From: Octopus bimaculoides
Lineage: Eukaryota
Direction of reading: 5' to 3'
Assembly: GCF_001194135.2 (NCBI RefSeq)
Contig: NC_068989.1
Span: 31,204,996-31,238,334 of the forward strand
DNA: 33,339 nucleotides
Position numbers and translations under genes: made by a program. A model generated the notes under the pieces. It searched no databases. It had not been told where the DNA came from and saw nothing but the letters and a program-made list of their open reading frames with translations. This document shows, piece after piece, positions 20,084 through 31,905 of the stretch. Position 1 is the stretch's first letter. Each line of letters opens with the position of its first letter.

Positions 20084-21024
20084 GTATTGAACAATATCGC
20101 CACTGATACAACAGTGGAAACGAAGATTCGGACAATATCGCTACTGATACAACAGTAGTGTCAGGGTTTTGAACAGTACGAGAATTCGAACAATATCGAA
20201 ACTGAGAATAGTACCGAAATGGAACAGTTACTGAAAACAGTCGTAAAGCAACAAGAGCAGCAGCAGCAGCAACTACAGAAGTTAACAGACTTGATACTGC
20301 AGTCAGGAAATACGACAGAATCATTTTCAGCGGACGGAGTTACAAACTCCATCGAAAAATTTCAGTACAAACTGGATGAAGGAACTACTTTTACCGCATA
20401 TTACAAACGATATGAGGACATATTCAGAGAGGAATGCAAGGGATGGTCTAGTGAAAGGAAGGTAAGGCTCCTTTTGTGAAAACTTGCTACTCCGGAACAC
20501 AAACGTTTTTGTAACTTTATTTTGCCAAGAAAGCCAGCGGAATTGTGTTTTGAGGAAACGATAAATATTTTGGCTAATATTTTTAGCAACAAAAGTTCGC
20601 TGTTTAACATTCAGTGGGAATGTTTAAATTTATAGATGAATGAGTCCGATGACTTTGTAACTGTGGTGTTTGTGGTGTTATGGGCTGTGATGAGCTATGT
20701 GGTGTTGGTGGAGAGGATTGCAGATGAGGCAAATGAAAGTGAAGACTGCAGGGGCCGGCGGAAGATTCACGGGAGCATACATAGGCACAAAGCATGTGCT
20801 GGCAGTTCGATGAGAGATGGCGCGTGTGAAAGGTCATGTTTTTATCTGGTCAGTGATCGCTCATCCCGCCACGGTCAACAGGTAAGGTCTCTGTATTTCT
20901 TTCTCCCTTTTGCTTCTATTTCTGTTGTCTTTTCCTCCATCACGCTACAAGCTATTTCGGCCCATAACAAAAAAAAAAACAAAAAAAAAAACGAATGATG
21001 AGTGTAGTCCGCATTTCGAACAAT

Positions 21025-21706
21025 ATGGTCAAACCATTTTGCATTGACACGGATGTAACGATTTAGCGAGTTTTATACCGCTGTACCTAGATGGTTCAGT
21101 GTTAGCGCTATACTTAGAAATAGAAGAAAGGGACCAGCTTAGCACGGAAAAAGTAGAAATCTGTTTGATGGAGGCCTTTGCAGAAGGAATGTTCGAAGCG
21201 TACGCTCGCCTGGGGAAAGCAAAGTGGACTGGCGAACAGATTGACGTATTTGCCAACGAACTCAGGAGATTGGCTAAACTGGCGGGATACGAAGGAGAAT
21301 TGCTGGACCGAACGGTTAAGTTAGCGTTTGTGACTGGCTTTCCTGGCCACATGTCGGTCGAGTTGCAAAAGCTGCCGAACATCAACTCTATGGCGATGGA
21401 AGATACTATATCTCGGGCTCGCGTTGCAGGACAACGCCAGTAGCAGGACAACGCCAGTAGCAGCGACTGCAACAATGAAAAGTGGCCGAGCAAGTAGTGG
21501 AGAGAGGTCAAATAAGGAACGTGTGCGACTATTCAAAGGACAGTGTTTCCGGTGTCAGGGCCCGCACATGGTGAGAGACTGCAAGTCACTCAAGCCTGAG
21601 GTCATTTGCTACTGCTGTCGAGAAACAGGACATATAGCCAACAAATGTCTGCAGGGAAATGGTCTAAGAGAGACTACCGCGCCAGTAGTTATCCCTTCGG
21701 ATCAAT
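21025..21706 (+). pseudogene. Gypsy B gag, frameshifted by a 17-bp tandem duplication (21427-21460)
   Basis: FIPLYLDG...IDVFANELRRLA; CCHC knuckles CFRCQGPHMVRDC and CYCCRETGHIANKC. Confidence 0.85.
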
Positions 21707-21715
21707 AGAGACGCT

Positions 21716-24490
21716 TTGTTGTTACCTGTAGTTGACATTCTGGTGGAGGGGAAGATGTCGCAAGCCCTAGTGGACACGGGCTGTACGACGACCCTGATGA
21801 CTCCAGAAGTGGTAGAGACATGGAGTGGAGAAAGCAGTGTGAGGGCAGTCGACGGAAGAGAGGTACACTGTGAAGGCATTACAGATGCGCAGATTGTGGT
21901 GCAGGAAACAAAGCTGATGCTGCAAGCAATTGTAGTTGGCCACTTGGTGGATGAGATTGACGTGGTGATGGGGATGGATGCAATCACCCGTTTAGGAGGT
22001 GTCACTGTCAACGGGGCCGGTGTAACATTCGGGGTTGCGGGAAAACTGTGTATGGCGAGACCGTGGAATGGTGGGAACCACGAAGAAAACTATGCTGTGC
22101 ACACCATTGAAGACCAGGACTTTCGTGCTGTCTTCGATGGCCAGAGGTGGACAATGGAGTGGCACTGGAAGGGAGAGCCCCTGATGTTAAAAAATAAAGT
22201 GGAATGCTATCAGCATACTCTGAAAGGAGATGCCAGAAGTGAGTTCGAGGGGGATGTAGAGTGGTGGATTAAGGAGGGCATATTGATCCCTTGGGAAGAA
22301 GAAGTAGAGAGCGGGATCCTGCTGCTGATAGCGGTGGTACAGCCCACAAAGCATAAGGTCAGGCCAGTGCTTGACTTCTAAGAGCTGAATGACCACATAT
22401 CATGTCATATGGGTGGCGAGGCCACAGATATCTGCGGGGACACCTTGTGAGAGTGGAGGCAGATGACACAATCGTCGATTTGAAGTCGGCATACCTGCAG
22501 GTGCATGTGGCTGAGAGACTGTGGAAGCATCAGCTTGTCAGGTATAAGGGCCAGACATACTGTCTGACCAGGTTGGGGTTTGGACTAAATTCAGCGCCAA
22601 AGATTATGGCAACAATTCTCAAGGCCATCCTGGGAAACGTGGACAGAGTACAAAGGGCCACCAATTCGTACATCGATGACATCCTTGTGGATGAAACCAT
22701 AATGCCAGCAACGGAGGTTATAGGCCACCTGAAGAGGGAGGCGCTGCACTGGGCCTCAAGATATGGAGATACAAGGCCGGCACGTTGGTGTTTCGGCGAG
22801 GGAACGAGATCCCCAAACTGGGTACCAGCATGAGTAGACGGGAACTGTTCTCAGTTTGTGGGAAGCTGGTGGGATACTACCCGATTGCAGGATGGCTCCG
22901 GACAGCATGTAGCTTCAAGAGATGAGCTGAAGGAGCGAAGTGGAATGATAGTGGGGGAGAAGATGACCGACATGATGCAGGAAGTCTTGGTCAGAGTGAG
23001 AGGAGAGGATCCAGTGAGAGGAGAGGATCCAGTGAGGGGCAGTTGGTATGTTCCCAAATCAAAGAGTGGTATCGTATGGTGTGACGCCAGTAGCATCGCA
23101 GTAGGGGTTGTCTTGGAAATGCGAGGCGTCATGGTGGAAGATTCATATCAATGTGGCTGAGTTGGATGCCAGGCCTTTAAGTGGGGGCTGTGCCCCATAG
23201 AAATTAGGACCGATTCGGCCACTACTTGGTTGGGTGACGGCAGTCATCACCAATGAGCAGAGGGTGCAAACCAAAGGGGCTGTAGAGACGTTGGTAAAGC
23301 GTCGATTGGGGATACTGCATGAAATAACCGCTGAGTTCGACCTGAAGCTGAGCGTGATCTTTGTGTCTTCTGAGAAGAACAGGGCAGACGTCCTGACCAG
23401 GGTAAAGCGAGCCTGGTTGCAGGTGCCAGAGGAGCAGGCTGTGGCTGCAGTATGCCATCTGAGTGACTCAGAGTTGAGGAGATTGCATATAATGCACCAC
23501 ATGGGAGTGGACAGGACGTTGTTCCTAGCCAGGAAAGTCAACTCCGATGTAACAAGACGGAGCATGCAGGGTGGTTAGCAACTGTGACAGGTGCTAGTTC
23601 ATCAACCCTGCTCCGGGCGTATATGAGGCGGGAAGTATTCCAGTGGACCACAACTAGAAACAATTGACAGTGGACATAACACACTACCGGCAGGGGACAT
23701 ACCTCTCAATAGTTGACTACGGACCGGGGCAGTTGGCCATATGAAGGGAGATGAAGACGGGGACAGCGGAGGAAATCGCAAGAGTATTAAATGAGATATT
23801 CCTGGAACGACGCCCCATGGATGAGCTGCTTCTGGATAATGGCACTGCATTTCACTCTGAGGTGCTGAAAGAAATGCTTGATGGGTGGCAGGTCAGCCAC
23901 TTCTTCAGGACGGCATACCGGCCAAGTGGAATTGGAATGGTGGAAAGGCATCTTCGTACCATCAAGACCATGGCAGAGAGGGTCCACATTTCACCAATCA
24001 AGGTTGTGTTTTGGTACAATATGTTGCCCAAGTCAGGACAGGCTGAGGAATTGGTGCCACACAGGGCAATATTCAGGTATGAGTGGAGGCATCTGTGTAC
24101 TGCATCAATGTGACTCGGAGGAGAGGAAGAGCATGCCTTTGTGCAGGTCGGGGAAGAAGTTTGGGTAAAAACCCCAAATGCACGGTGTATATTACAATGG
24201 GGAAAGGGAACAATAACCTCCATCAATTAGAAGAACAACGTCTCTGTCGGTGGTATGCCACGCCATGTTTTGGATGTGCGGAAGATTGTCAATGCCTCAG
24301 AGGATGAAACCAGCAGCAGTGGGCAAGAAGATGAAGACAGCAACAGTAGGCAAGATGATGACGCCAGCAGCAGTAGGCAAGATGATTAAGCCAGCAGCAG
24401 CATGCCAGGATCTCAGGCCAGTCCCGGGGTCGCACAGCGACCACAGAGGGAACGGCACCCTTCTCCCTGGTTAGCTGATTATGAAACCAG
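21716..24490 (+). pseudogene. Gypsy B pol (protease, RT, RNase H, integrase) with stops and frameshifts
   Basis: LVDTGC, KVRPVLDF*ELN, VDLKSAYLQV, RLGFGLNSAPKIM, YIDD (22669-22680), WCDASSIAVG, NRADVLTR, HHMGVDRT, LLLDNGTAF, GMVERHLRTIK. In-frame 18-bp duplication at 22995-23030. Confidence 0.9.
24304..24400 (+). repeat. Imperfect ~27-bp tandem repeat (~3.5 copies) in the Gypsy B integrase tail
   Basis: Units resemble ATGAAACCAGCAGCAGTGGGCAAGAAG / ATGAAGACAGCAACAGTAGGCAAGATG / ATGACGCCAGCAGCAGTAGGCAAGATG. Confidence 0.75.
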
Positions 24491-25260
24491 TTAAGGTGTG
24501 AGTTCGGGAGCGAGGAGTGAGTGGGAAAGCCGGTTGAGTGATCTGTAGATCAAGGAGGCGTGGTGTTTATTTATAGATGAATGAGTCTGATGACTTTGTA
24601 ATTGTGGTGTTATGGGCTGTGATGAGCTATGTGGTATTGGTGGAGAGGATTGCAGATGAGGCAAACGGAAGTGAAGACTGCAGGGACCGACGGAGGAGCC
24701 ACGGAAGCATGCGTGGACACAAAGCATGTGCTGGCAGTTCGATGAGAGACGGCGCGTGTGAAAGGTCATGTTTTTATCTGGTCAGTGATCGCTCATCCCG
24801 CCACGGTCAACAGGTAAGGTCTCTGTATTTCTCTCTCCCTTTTGCTTCTTTTTCTGTTGTCTTTTTCCTCCATCACGCTACAGTAACATATGCCGGTATT
24901 GTTAATATGGCGTGTGAAAGGTTTAAGCTTGGAGAATTAACGCCAGATATGTTCAAGTGGCTTATATTCGTTAAAGGGCTTGTGGTAACAGAAAAAGAAA
25001 AAGAATGCTAACAAAGTTGAATCAAGATGTTAAATGACCTTGCTGAAAGTGGCTGAGGAATGCCAACAAATAATAAACCTTCGAGAAGATACAAGTAAAA
25101 TAGAAGAAGACAACAACAACAGTAATAATACACCGGGGACGTTTAACATGTCAGAGCGATAAAACTCTGCTCCGAAATTTATCCAAAAACATCGGAAATC
25201 AAGACATTGCATGAGCCAAAAATAGCTGACTAAGGGTTGGACTATATCCGAGTAAGTAAT

Positions 25261-27840
25261 ACTCATTGAAATTTATTTCTATTTTCCAAATGAAATGATG
25301 TATTTTAACCGGATATCATCTCCACTGCTTGCACAGCATGTGTAAACACTCTTGATACATTATGATCTATCAACACCAGACCATCTCCGGCCCCAAACAC
25401 CATGTACAAAAAAATTACAAATAAATTAAATAATGCCGGTATTATTCAACCCAAGAATAACAATCGGGAAGTGCATACTTTAAACTTATTACACAAAAAG
25501 TACGAAAAACTACACATGCAAAACAATTTGACAACAGAAATGAACGGACGGGTACCTTACGAAAATGATGACCGTCGAAATAAAGGGCCAGACGTTGTTC
25601 CTCATGTCCTGCAAATAAAACCAAAAAGGCATAAATGGACACGTGAGGAATATATTTCAATCCTATACGCTTATTTTACAGCAGTGCTCTACTCAAAGAA
25701 CGAAAACGCAACAACATATACATATAAAATATGGAAGAAAAATAACCTAAATAAAGACTTAGATACAGCAATGAACCCTAATAAACTAGCTAGCATACAA
25801 AGATATATTCTTAAAGCAAAAAAAAAAAAACAATATCAGAAATAGAAATAGAACAATTAAAAGGAAAAATACATCAGGAAAATGTAGATAAGTAGCCACA
25901 CAACAATCCCAAATAATATAAACACTGAGATAGTAAAACACGAAGACAAACGTAACATTTCCAACAAAAACGAAGTAAACAAAACACAACAAACCCAGAC
26001 TGTAGGGATGTATAATAATGTACAAAATAATGCACCAATCCAGAACACCACAGACAAACATGTGAATGAGAAGGAAGGCGAAACAAATCTAAAACCTGGA
26101 AACAGTGAAAGGGAACCTAATGATTATGATACTATAAAAATGAGAATAATCAGAGAACTGAAAACCACAGATCTCAGAATGGACTACCGATTATACCTCC
26201 CAAAAATCAAAATAAGCAATAAAGCAACATCAATAATAAATAGTGTAAACCTGGCCGTCATGGAATTTTTAGCCACAGAAACAACTGGCAATATCACTGA
26301 GCTAAATGACATAATATATGTGGCAGCCACAAAAGAAGCAGGATACTCCCTCAAACCTATCCAAACAGGAGTCCCACCACCCAAACAAACCTTGTGGATA
26401 AATAATATCCAAAACAAAATTAAAAAAAAAAAGAGAAAAGATCTGTCGATTCTTAACAAAATTAGTAGACAATCAACACTCCTAAGTAACAAGAAAGAAA
26501 CAAAAATACTGTACAAATACATTACAGAAAAAGATTTACCTGAGGTAAAAGAAAAGCTAAAGCAAGATATCCTTGCCAAAGCACAAAGGATCTGCCAGTA
26601 TGAGAAACGCCAACGTTTCTTTGAACAAAACAAACAGTTCAAATCCAACCTCAAAAAATTCTACCAAGAACTTGGCAAAAATAAAATAGACATTACTGCA
26701 GCACCAACAGCAGAAGAACTGGAAGAATTCTGGAAACAAATATGGTCGGTGAAGCAACAACCCCAGAAAAGGACCATTAAAACAACGAACTTAGCACCTG
26801 AGCAACTCTGGACCCCTATAACAACTGAAGAGGTCACTCAGGCACTGCAAAGACTAAGCAACTGGAAAGCACCTGGGCACGACGAGATCCCCAATTTCTA
26901 GTTAAAATATCTGACAGGAATGCACAAAAAGCTGGCTGAAAACTAGCAAAGCCAGAGACAATGCCTGAATGGCTCATGAAAGGGAAAACCATCCTAATTC
27001 CCAAATCCACAGAAATGGCAAAACCACAAAACTACAGACCTATAACTTGTCTCCCTACAACCTACAAAGCCTTTACGGCAATAATATCGCAGAGATTGAG
27101 TAAGCACCTGGAAGAAAACAACCTGTTTCCAGAAGAGCAGAAGGGATGCTGCAAGCACTCATATGGCTGTAAAGATCAATTAATGATCAATAAAGCCATA
27201 ATTGAAGACAGCCGCAGAAAGAAGGTCTCAGTATGGCTTGGATCGACTACCGAAAGGCTTATGATAGTGTTCCCCACATAGGGATCCTCGAAACACTAGC
27301 CATAAACAAGGTCACAGAAAACGAGAAAGCAACCATATTCTGGGACATGCCAATACACACAGATAGAGAAATTAAGGCCAATAGGCCAGATATAGTTGTC
27401 AGAGATCATGAAGAAAAAAAATGCTTTCTAATTGATGTATCAATACCAGCAGATGACAACGTTTCTCTAAAAGAAATGGAGAAACTTTCAAAATGCAAAG
27501 ACCTAGAAATAGAGGTAAGTCGAATGTGGAATCTAGAAACAGAAATAATTCCTATCATAGTAGGTGCCTTAGGTATAATAAAAAAAATACTCAAACAAAT
27601 ACATAACAAAAACACCAGGACTTACAAATATATATAACATACAGAAAATTGCACTACTGGGCACTGCACACACCCTACGCAAAACACTTTCAATACAGTA
27701 ACCATAAGAGCATCACAGCAAACCACAGCATATACCCAAGGCACACAGAGCTGTGCTCGGTAGTGAAGTGAAAGCACGCTATAAAAATAAAACTACTGAA
27801 TAATAATAATAATCATAACAACAACAACAACAACAATAAT
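25261..27840 (+). mobile_element. R4/Dong-type LINE with restriction-like endonuclease, large internal deletion in RT, (AAT)n/(AAC)n tail
   Basis: KWTREEYISIL N-terminal motif; NWKAPGHD; NYRPITCLPT; WIDYRKAYDSVPH; RLE region IFWDMPIHTDREIKANRPDIVV...LIDVSIP...EKLSKCKDL...IPIIVGALG. The 5' boundary is approximate. Confidence 0.85.
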
Positions 27841-28059
27841 GTATAAACATGTAAAGAAAATATTGAAAGAAATAAAGGACAGATAAATCCAAAACTGTGC
27901 TATGGTTGTGGAGTCCTGCGTTTTAAGAAAGATTGCCCTTTTAAAGATAAAAAATGTTTTAAGTGTGGTAAAATTGGGCATAGACAGTCAAAATGCTGGT
28001 TGAAGAAAAATGTAAAAAATGAGAAACTGAAGGAAGTCTACTCAACAAAAATAAATTAT

Positions 28060-30519
28060 ACCATAAAAAACCAAAAATTTGTGTTGGTAGAAATAAATGG
28101 TTTCCAGAGGAAAATGCAATTAGATACTGGTTCAGACATATCGATAATTGATACAGCAACATGGATCAAGATAGGAAGGCTGGTATACAAAAAAACTACT
28201 AACATAGCTCACAGTGTGTCAGGGGAACGAGTTCAATTCTTGGGTGAAATTTTGCCAGAAAGAAAACTTAAAGAAATGACACAGAAAGTAAAATAATGGT
28301 ATCTAAAAATACAATGAATCTGTTCGGTACAGATTCAATGGAAGAATTCGACCTGTGATATCTACCATTGAATACATTATGTAATAAGGTGAATATGTCA
28401 CAGTCCATGTCGGGATAATGCATTGGAAAAATTGAAATTAAAGAAGATGTGTTCTTGAAGGAACTCAAAACATGTAAAAAAAATCAAAGTAAAGTTTGAG
28501 TTGAAAAAAAATGTGGTGCTGGTGTTCAAACTGAAAAGGAATGTGCCTCTTGCGGTGTTAAATCAAGTTGAGAAGGAACTAAAAAGATTGGAAGACACAG
28601 AGGTAATTGAAAAAGTAGACTGCTCAGAGTGGGCAGCTCCTACTGCATATATAAAAAAGAAAAACAACAAAATAAGTGTATGTGCGAACTTCTCAACAGG
28701 TCTTAATGAACTACAACTCTCCACTTTCAAGCTGGATTAGTCAGAGGCCTATTTTCAATTACTGATAGATGAAGAATGTGCTAAAGTATTAACAATTAAT
28801 ACTCATAAAGGCCTGTACTGTTTCAAAAGACTGTCATTTGGGGTTAAGGTTGCACCAGCAATATTTCAGCAAGTGATGGAGACTATGCAAGCAGATTGTG
28901 AGTTTGTGGTCCCATACTTGGATGACATATTAATCAAAAGTGAATCGAGGGACCAGCATATTGAACATATAAAAAATGTCTTTAAAAGAATAAGCGACTA
29001 TGGATTTAAAGTAAGTGAAAATAAATGTGATTTTTTTAAGCAAAAATAAAATACTTGGGACAAGTGATCAATGAAAACAGATGAAAACCAGAACTTTCTA
29101 GGGTTGACGTGATAAAAAATATGCCTGCTCCCACTAACAAAACAACATTACAAGCATTTTTAGGTCTGGTAAGTTATTATCAGCTGTACATATCTAAAAT
29201 GTATGAACTAAGAGCTCCGTTGAATAATTTGTTAAAGAAAGACAGAAAATGGGACACGCATCAAGTTGTCTAGGCTAATTCCAAAATATAAGGAACCTTT
29301 TGAAGACACGATGTTTGCATTGTTAAAACTAGAAATGGAACTGGAGAACATTTTGTGCAATGCAGTATGTGATTTGCCTGTAATGCTAGAAGAAATTAAA
29401 TTAAAATCAGAAAAAGATATGGTCATGAACAAGATTAAAAAAAAAACTGCTGGAAAGTAATTCGAAAAATAATATGAGCGGAACGCAGGTTCAAAGCATT
29501 ATTCAGAACGTGATGATGTATTATTATATGCACAAAAGTGGTAATACCTGAAGACTGCAAAACAAAATATTTAAAGACTTCCATATAGGACATCTAGGGA
29601 TTGCCTGGATAAAAAGCCTCATGAGGAGTTACGTGTATTGGCTGAATATGGACAAACAAATTGAGAGGCCAATAAAACAATGTAGGGGATGCACTATGGC
29701 AGGAAAGACACCCCCAGTGCAGATACAGTCATGGCCAAAAATGGATTCAGCATTATCTAGACTGCATGTGGATTTCGCAGGACCAATAAATGGCTCTTAT
29801 TATATCATCGTGGTGGATAGCTATTCGAAATGGCCTGAAGTGTGTAAGTGTTCTATGCCAACCACAAATGTGACTATTGACTTCTTGGAAGAATTGTTTG
29901 TTCGTTATGGAGTGTCAGATAATTGCACACAATTCATGGCAAAGGAATTTTAAAAATTCTGTAAGTCAGTCCAGATGAAGCATGTTTTAATTCTGCCATA
30001 CCATCCAAGGTCAAATGGGTTAGCAGAAAGATTCATCGACACATTTATGAGAGCCTTAAGAAAGACCAGACAGGAAGCCTTTGAAGCTAGAAATATAACA
30101 AAGTTCTTACAGGTGTACAGAATAACACCGAATCCAAATGCAGAGTCGGGTAGGTCACCTGCAGATTTGATATTCTCCAGAAATATTTGTTCTGTGTTCG
30201 ACAAATTGTTGCTGAGTAGGAAACAGAAAATACTAAATTTGGGAAGTAGAATGAAATTTTTTAACACAGGTGACGAAGTGTATTTTAAAATCTATAAAAA
30301 TGGAAAACAAGACTGGGAACAAGGTAATATAACTGGACGATGGGTAATGTGAAGGCATTTTAACCAATTAAAGAAAAGATATACCAAAAATCAAGAAAGG
30401 TGAGATGAGCCAATGGATATATGGTATGACATGTTTGAGGTCCCAGAACCACAAGTAAAAGCAGAACCGATGCATAGGTCGAACAGGAAAAGAAAACAAA
30501 TACAAAAATGATGGAAATT
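28060..30519 (+). pseudogene. Gypsy A pol: protease, RT, RNase H largely deleted, integrase; the last codons resume at 31563 after the SINE
   Basis: LDTGS (28120-28134), SEWAAP, YLDDILI (from 28915), abrupt jump near 29260 from KKDRKWD to SRLIP, integrase RSYVYW, RLHVDFAGP, VVDSYSKWPEV, PYHPRSNGLAERF. Confidence 0.9.
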
Positions 30520-31562
30520 GTTGTTGTTGGTACTCCATCGTCTGTTTACATGGTAAGAAATGTGTTTCACAGACTGCACTATCGGCAAACTCTCAGGTGG
30601 CACCGACGAAGATATTAAGACGAGAATAAGTAAGGCAAGGACCACTTTTCACCTGTTAAAAAAAGTATGGAGCGCAAGTGTAATTTCAATAAAGAACAAA
30701 ATAAGAATTTTTAACACTAACGTAAAAGCGGTGTTATTGTATGGGGCTGAGACATGGCGAACAACAGTTAAGTCAAATAAGCAAATACAATCTATATCTT
30801 TGTGCAGCTGAGGATTGCTCTGCATTTTACATTTAATGTAATGTTCACATTGCTTAAATAAATGGGGTCGCATGAAACGATCGTACNNNNNNNNNNNNNN
30901 NNNNNNNNNNNNNNNNNNNNNNNNNNNNNNNNNNNNNNNNNNNNNNNNNNNNNNNNNNNNNNNNNNNNNNNNNNNNNNNNNNNNNNNNNNNNNNNNNNNN
31001 NNNNNNNNNNNNNNNNNNNNNNNNNNNNNNNNNNNNNNNNNNNNNNNNNNNNNNNNNNNNNNNNNNNNNNNNNNNNNNNNNNNNNNNNNNNNNNNNNNNN
31101 NNNNNNNNNNNNNNNNNNNNNNNNNNNNNNNNNNNNNNNNNNNNNNNNNNNNNNNNNNNNNNNNNNNNNNNNNNNNNNNNNNNNNNNNNNNNNNNNNNNN
31201 NNNNNNNNNNNNNNNNNNNNNNNNNNNNNNNNNNNNNNNNNNNNNNNNNNNNNNNNNNNNNNNNNNNNNNNNNNNNNNNNNNNNNNNNNNNNNNNNNNNN
31301 NNNNNNNNNNNNNNNNNNNNNNNCAGGGATATTCAGCATGACACAGTGTGACAAGGCTGACCCTTTGAAATACAGGTACAGCAGAAACAGGAAGTAAGAG
31401 TGAGAGAAAGTTGTGGTGAAAGAGTACAGCAGGGTTCGCCACCATCCCCTGCCGGAGCCTCATGGAGCTTTAGGTGTTTTCGCTCAATAAACACTCACAA
31501 CATCTGGTCTGGGAATCGAAACCGCGAGTCTGCTGCCCTAACCACTGGGCCATTGCGCCTCC
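30520..31562 (-). mobile_element. tRNA-derived SINE inserted at the end of Gypsy A integrase, itself interrupted
   Basis: Head GGAGGCGCAATGGCCCAGTGGTTAGGG (A box) and GGTTTCGATTCC (B box) at 31562-31510; (CAA)3 tail at 30520-30528; 12-bp TSD ATGATGGAAATT at 30508-30519 / 31563-31574. Confidence 0.88.
30585..30800 (+). mobile_element. RTE-type RT C-terminal fragment lying between the SINE head and tail
   Basis: GGTDEDIKTRISKARTTFHLLKKVW...IKNKIRIFNTNVKAVLLYGAETW. Right context lost in gap N 30887-31323. Confidence 0.8.
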
Positions 31563-31683
31563 ATGATGGAAATTAACACCAAGAGAAAGAGATATATGCC
31601 AGTTTCTCACCAAGGAAATAAAATTATGATAAAAATAAATGAATAAATAAAAAATGGACAAAGCCAATCTCAAAAGGAGGAGG

Positions 31684-31905
31684 TGTTGTGTGGAAGTAGA
31701 ACATTCCTATTTGGTTGGCCCCTAATGGACTGTGCCACAATATAAATGGACATGCGCAGAGACTGTTGGGGAGAGTCAGTGAGCTGTGTAAAGCCAAGAG
31801 TTGCATATTGTTGAGTGTAATTATGAGTATTGTGTATCTTGAGCAGAATAATTTGCGAGGACATTATTATCCTGTTATATCATACATCGAACATGCGATA
31901 CAACA
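31684..31905 (+). repeat. 3' LTR of Gypsy A (222 bp), preceded by polypurine tract AAAAGGAGGAGG (31672-31683)
   Basis: TGTTGTG...GATACAACA; TATAAA at 31741; PPT directly adjacent. Confidence 0.92.

Larger units (their letters stand above)
20662..24882 (+). mobile_element. Gypsy LTR retrotransposon B (inner), inserted in Gypsy A gag
   Basis: TGTGGTG...CGCTACA termini, TSD GTAAC (20657-20661 / 24883-24887), LTRs 20662-20949 and 24603-24882 (true 3' LTR start ~24560, see findings), PPT-like AAGGAGG at 24552-24558. Confidence 0.93.
20219..27995 (+). pseudogene. Gypsy A gag in three pieces (20219-20661, 24883-~25260, ~27841-27995)
   Basis: FTAYYKRYEDIF...KVRLLL*KL...FILP...CLNL*MNESDDFV|TYAGIVNMACERFKL...LIFVKGL; two zinc knuckles CYGCGVLRFKKDC and CFKCGKIGHRQSKC. 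Confidence 0.88.
18162..31905 (+). mobile_element. Gypsy LTR retrotransposon A (outer), decayed, with several nested insertions
   Basis: TGTTGT...ACAACA termini, 5-bp TSD CATAG (18157-18161 / 31906-31910), PBS, PPT, and gag-PR-RT-(RH deleted)-IN order. Confidence 0.93.

Noticed and set aside
20064-20160. CRISPR-like repeat-spacer array
   Set aside because: Eukaryotic context, whole units are diverged tandem copies, and no cas genes.
20734-20790. ADAR or APOBEC hypermutation as the cause of the LTR B patch
   Set aside because: A/G differences run in both directions in similar numbers; editing predicts one direction.
20636-20998. Paralogous ORFs 20636-20998 and 24577-25011 as duplicated genes
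   Set aside because: They are read-throughs of the two Gypsy B LTRs plus gag flank.
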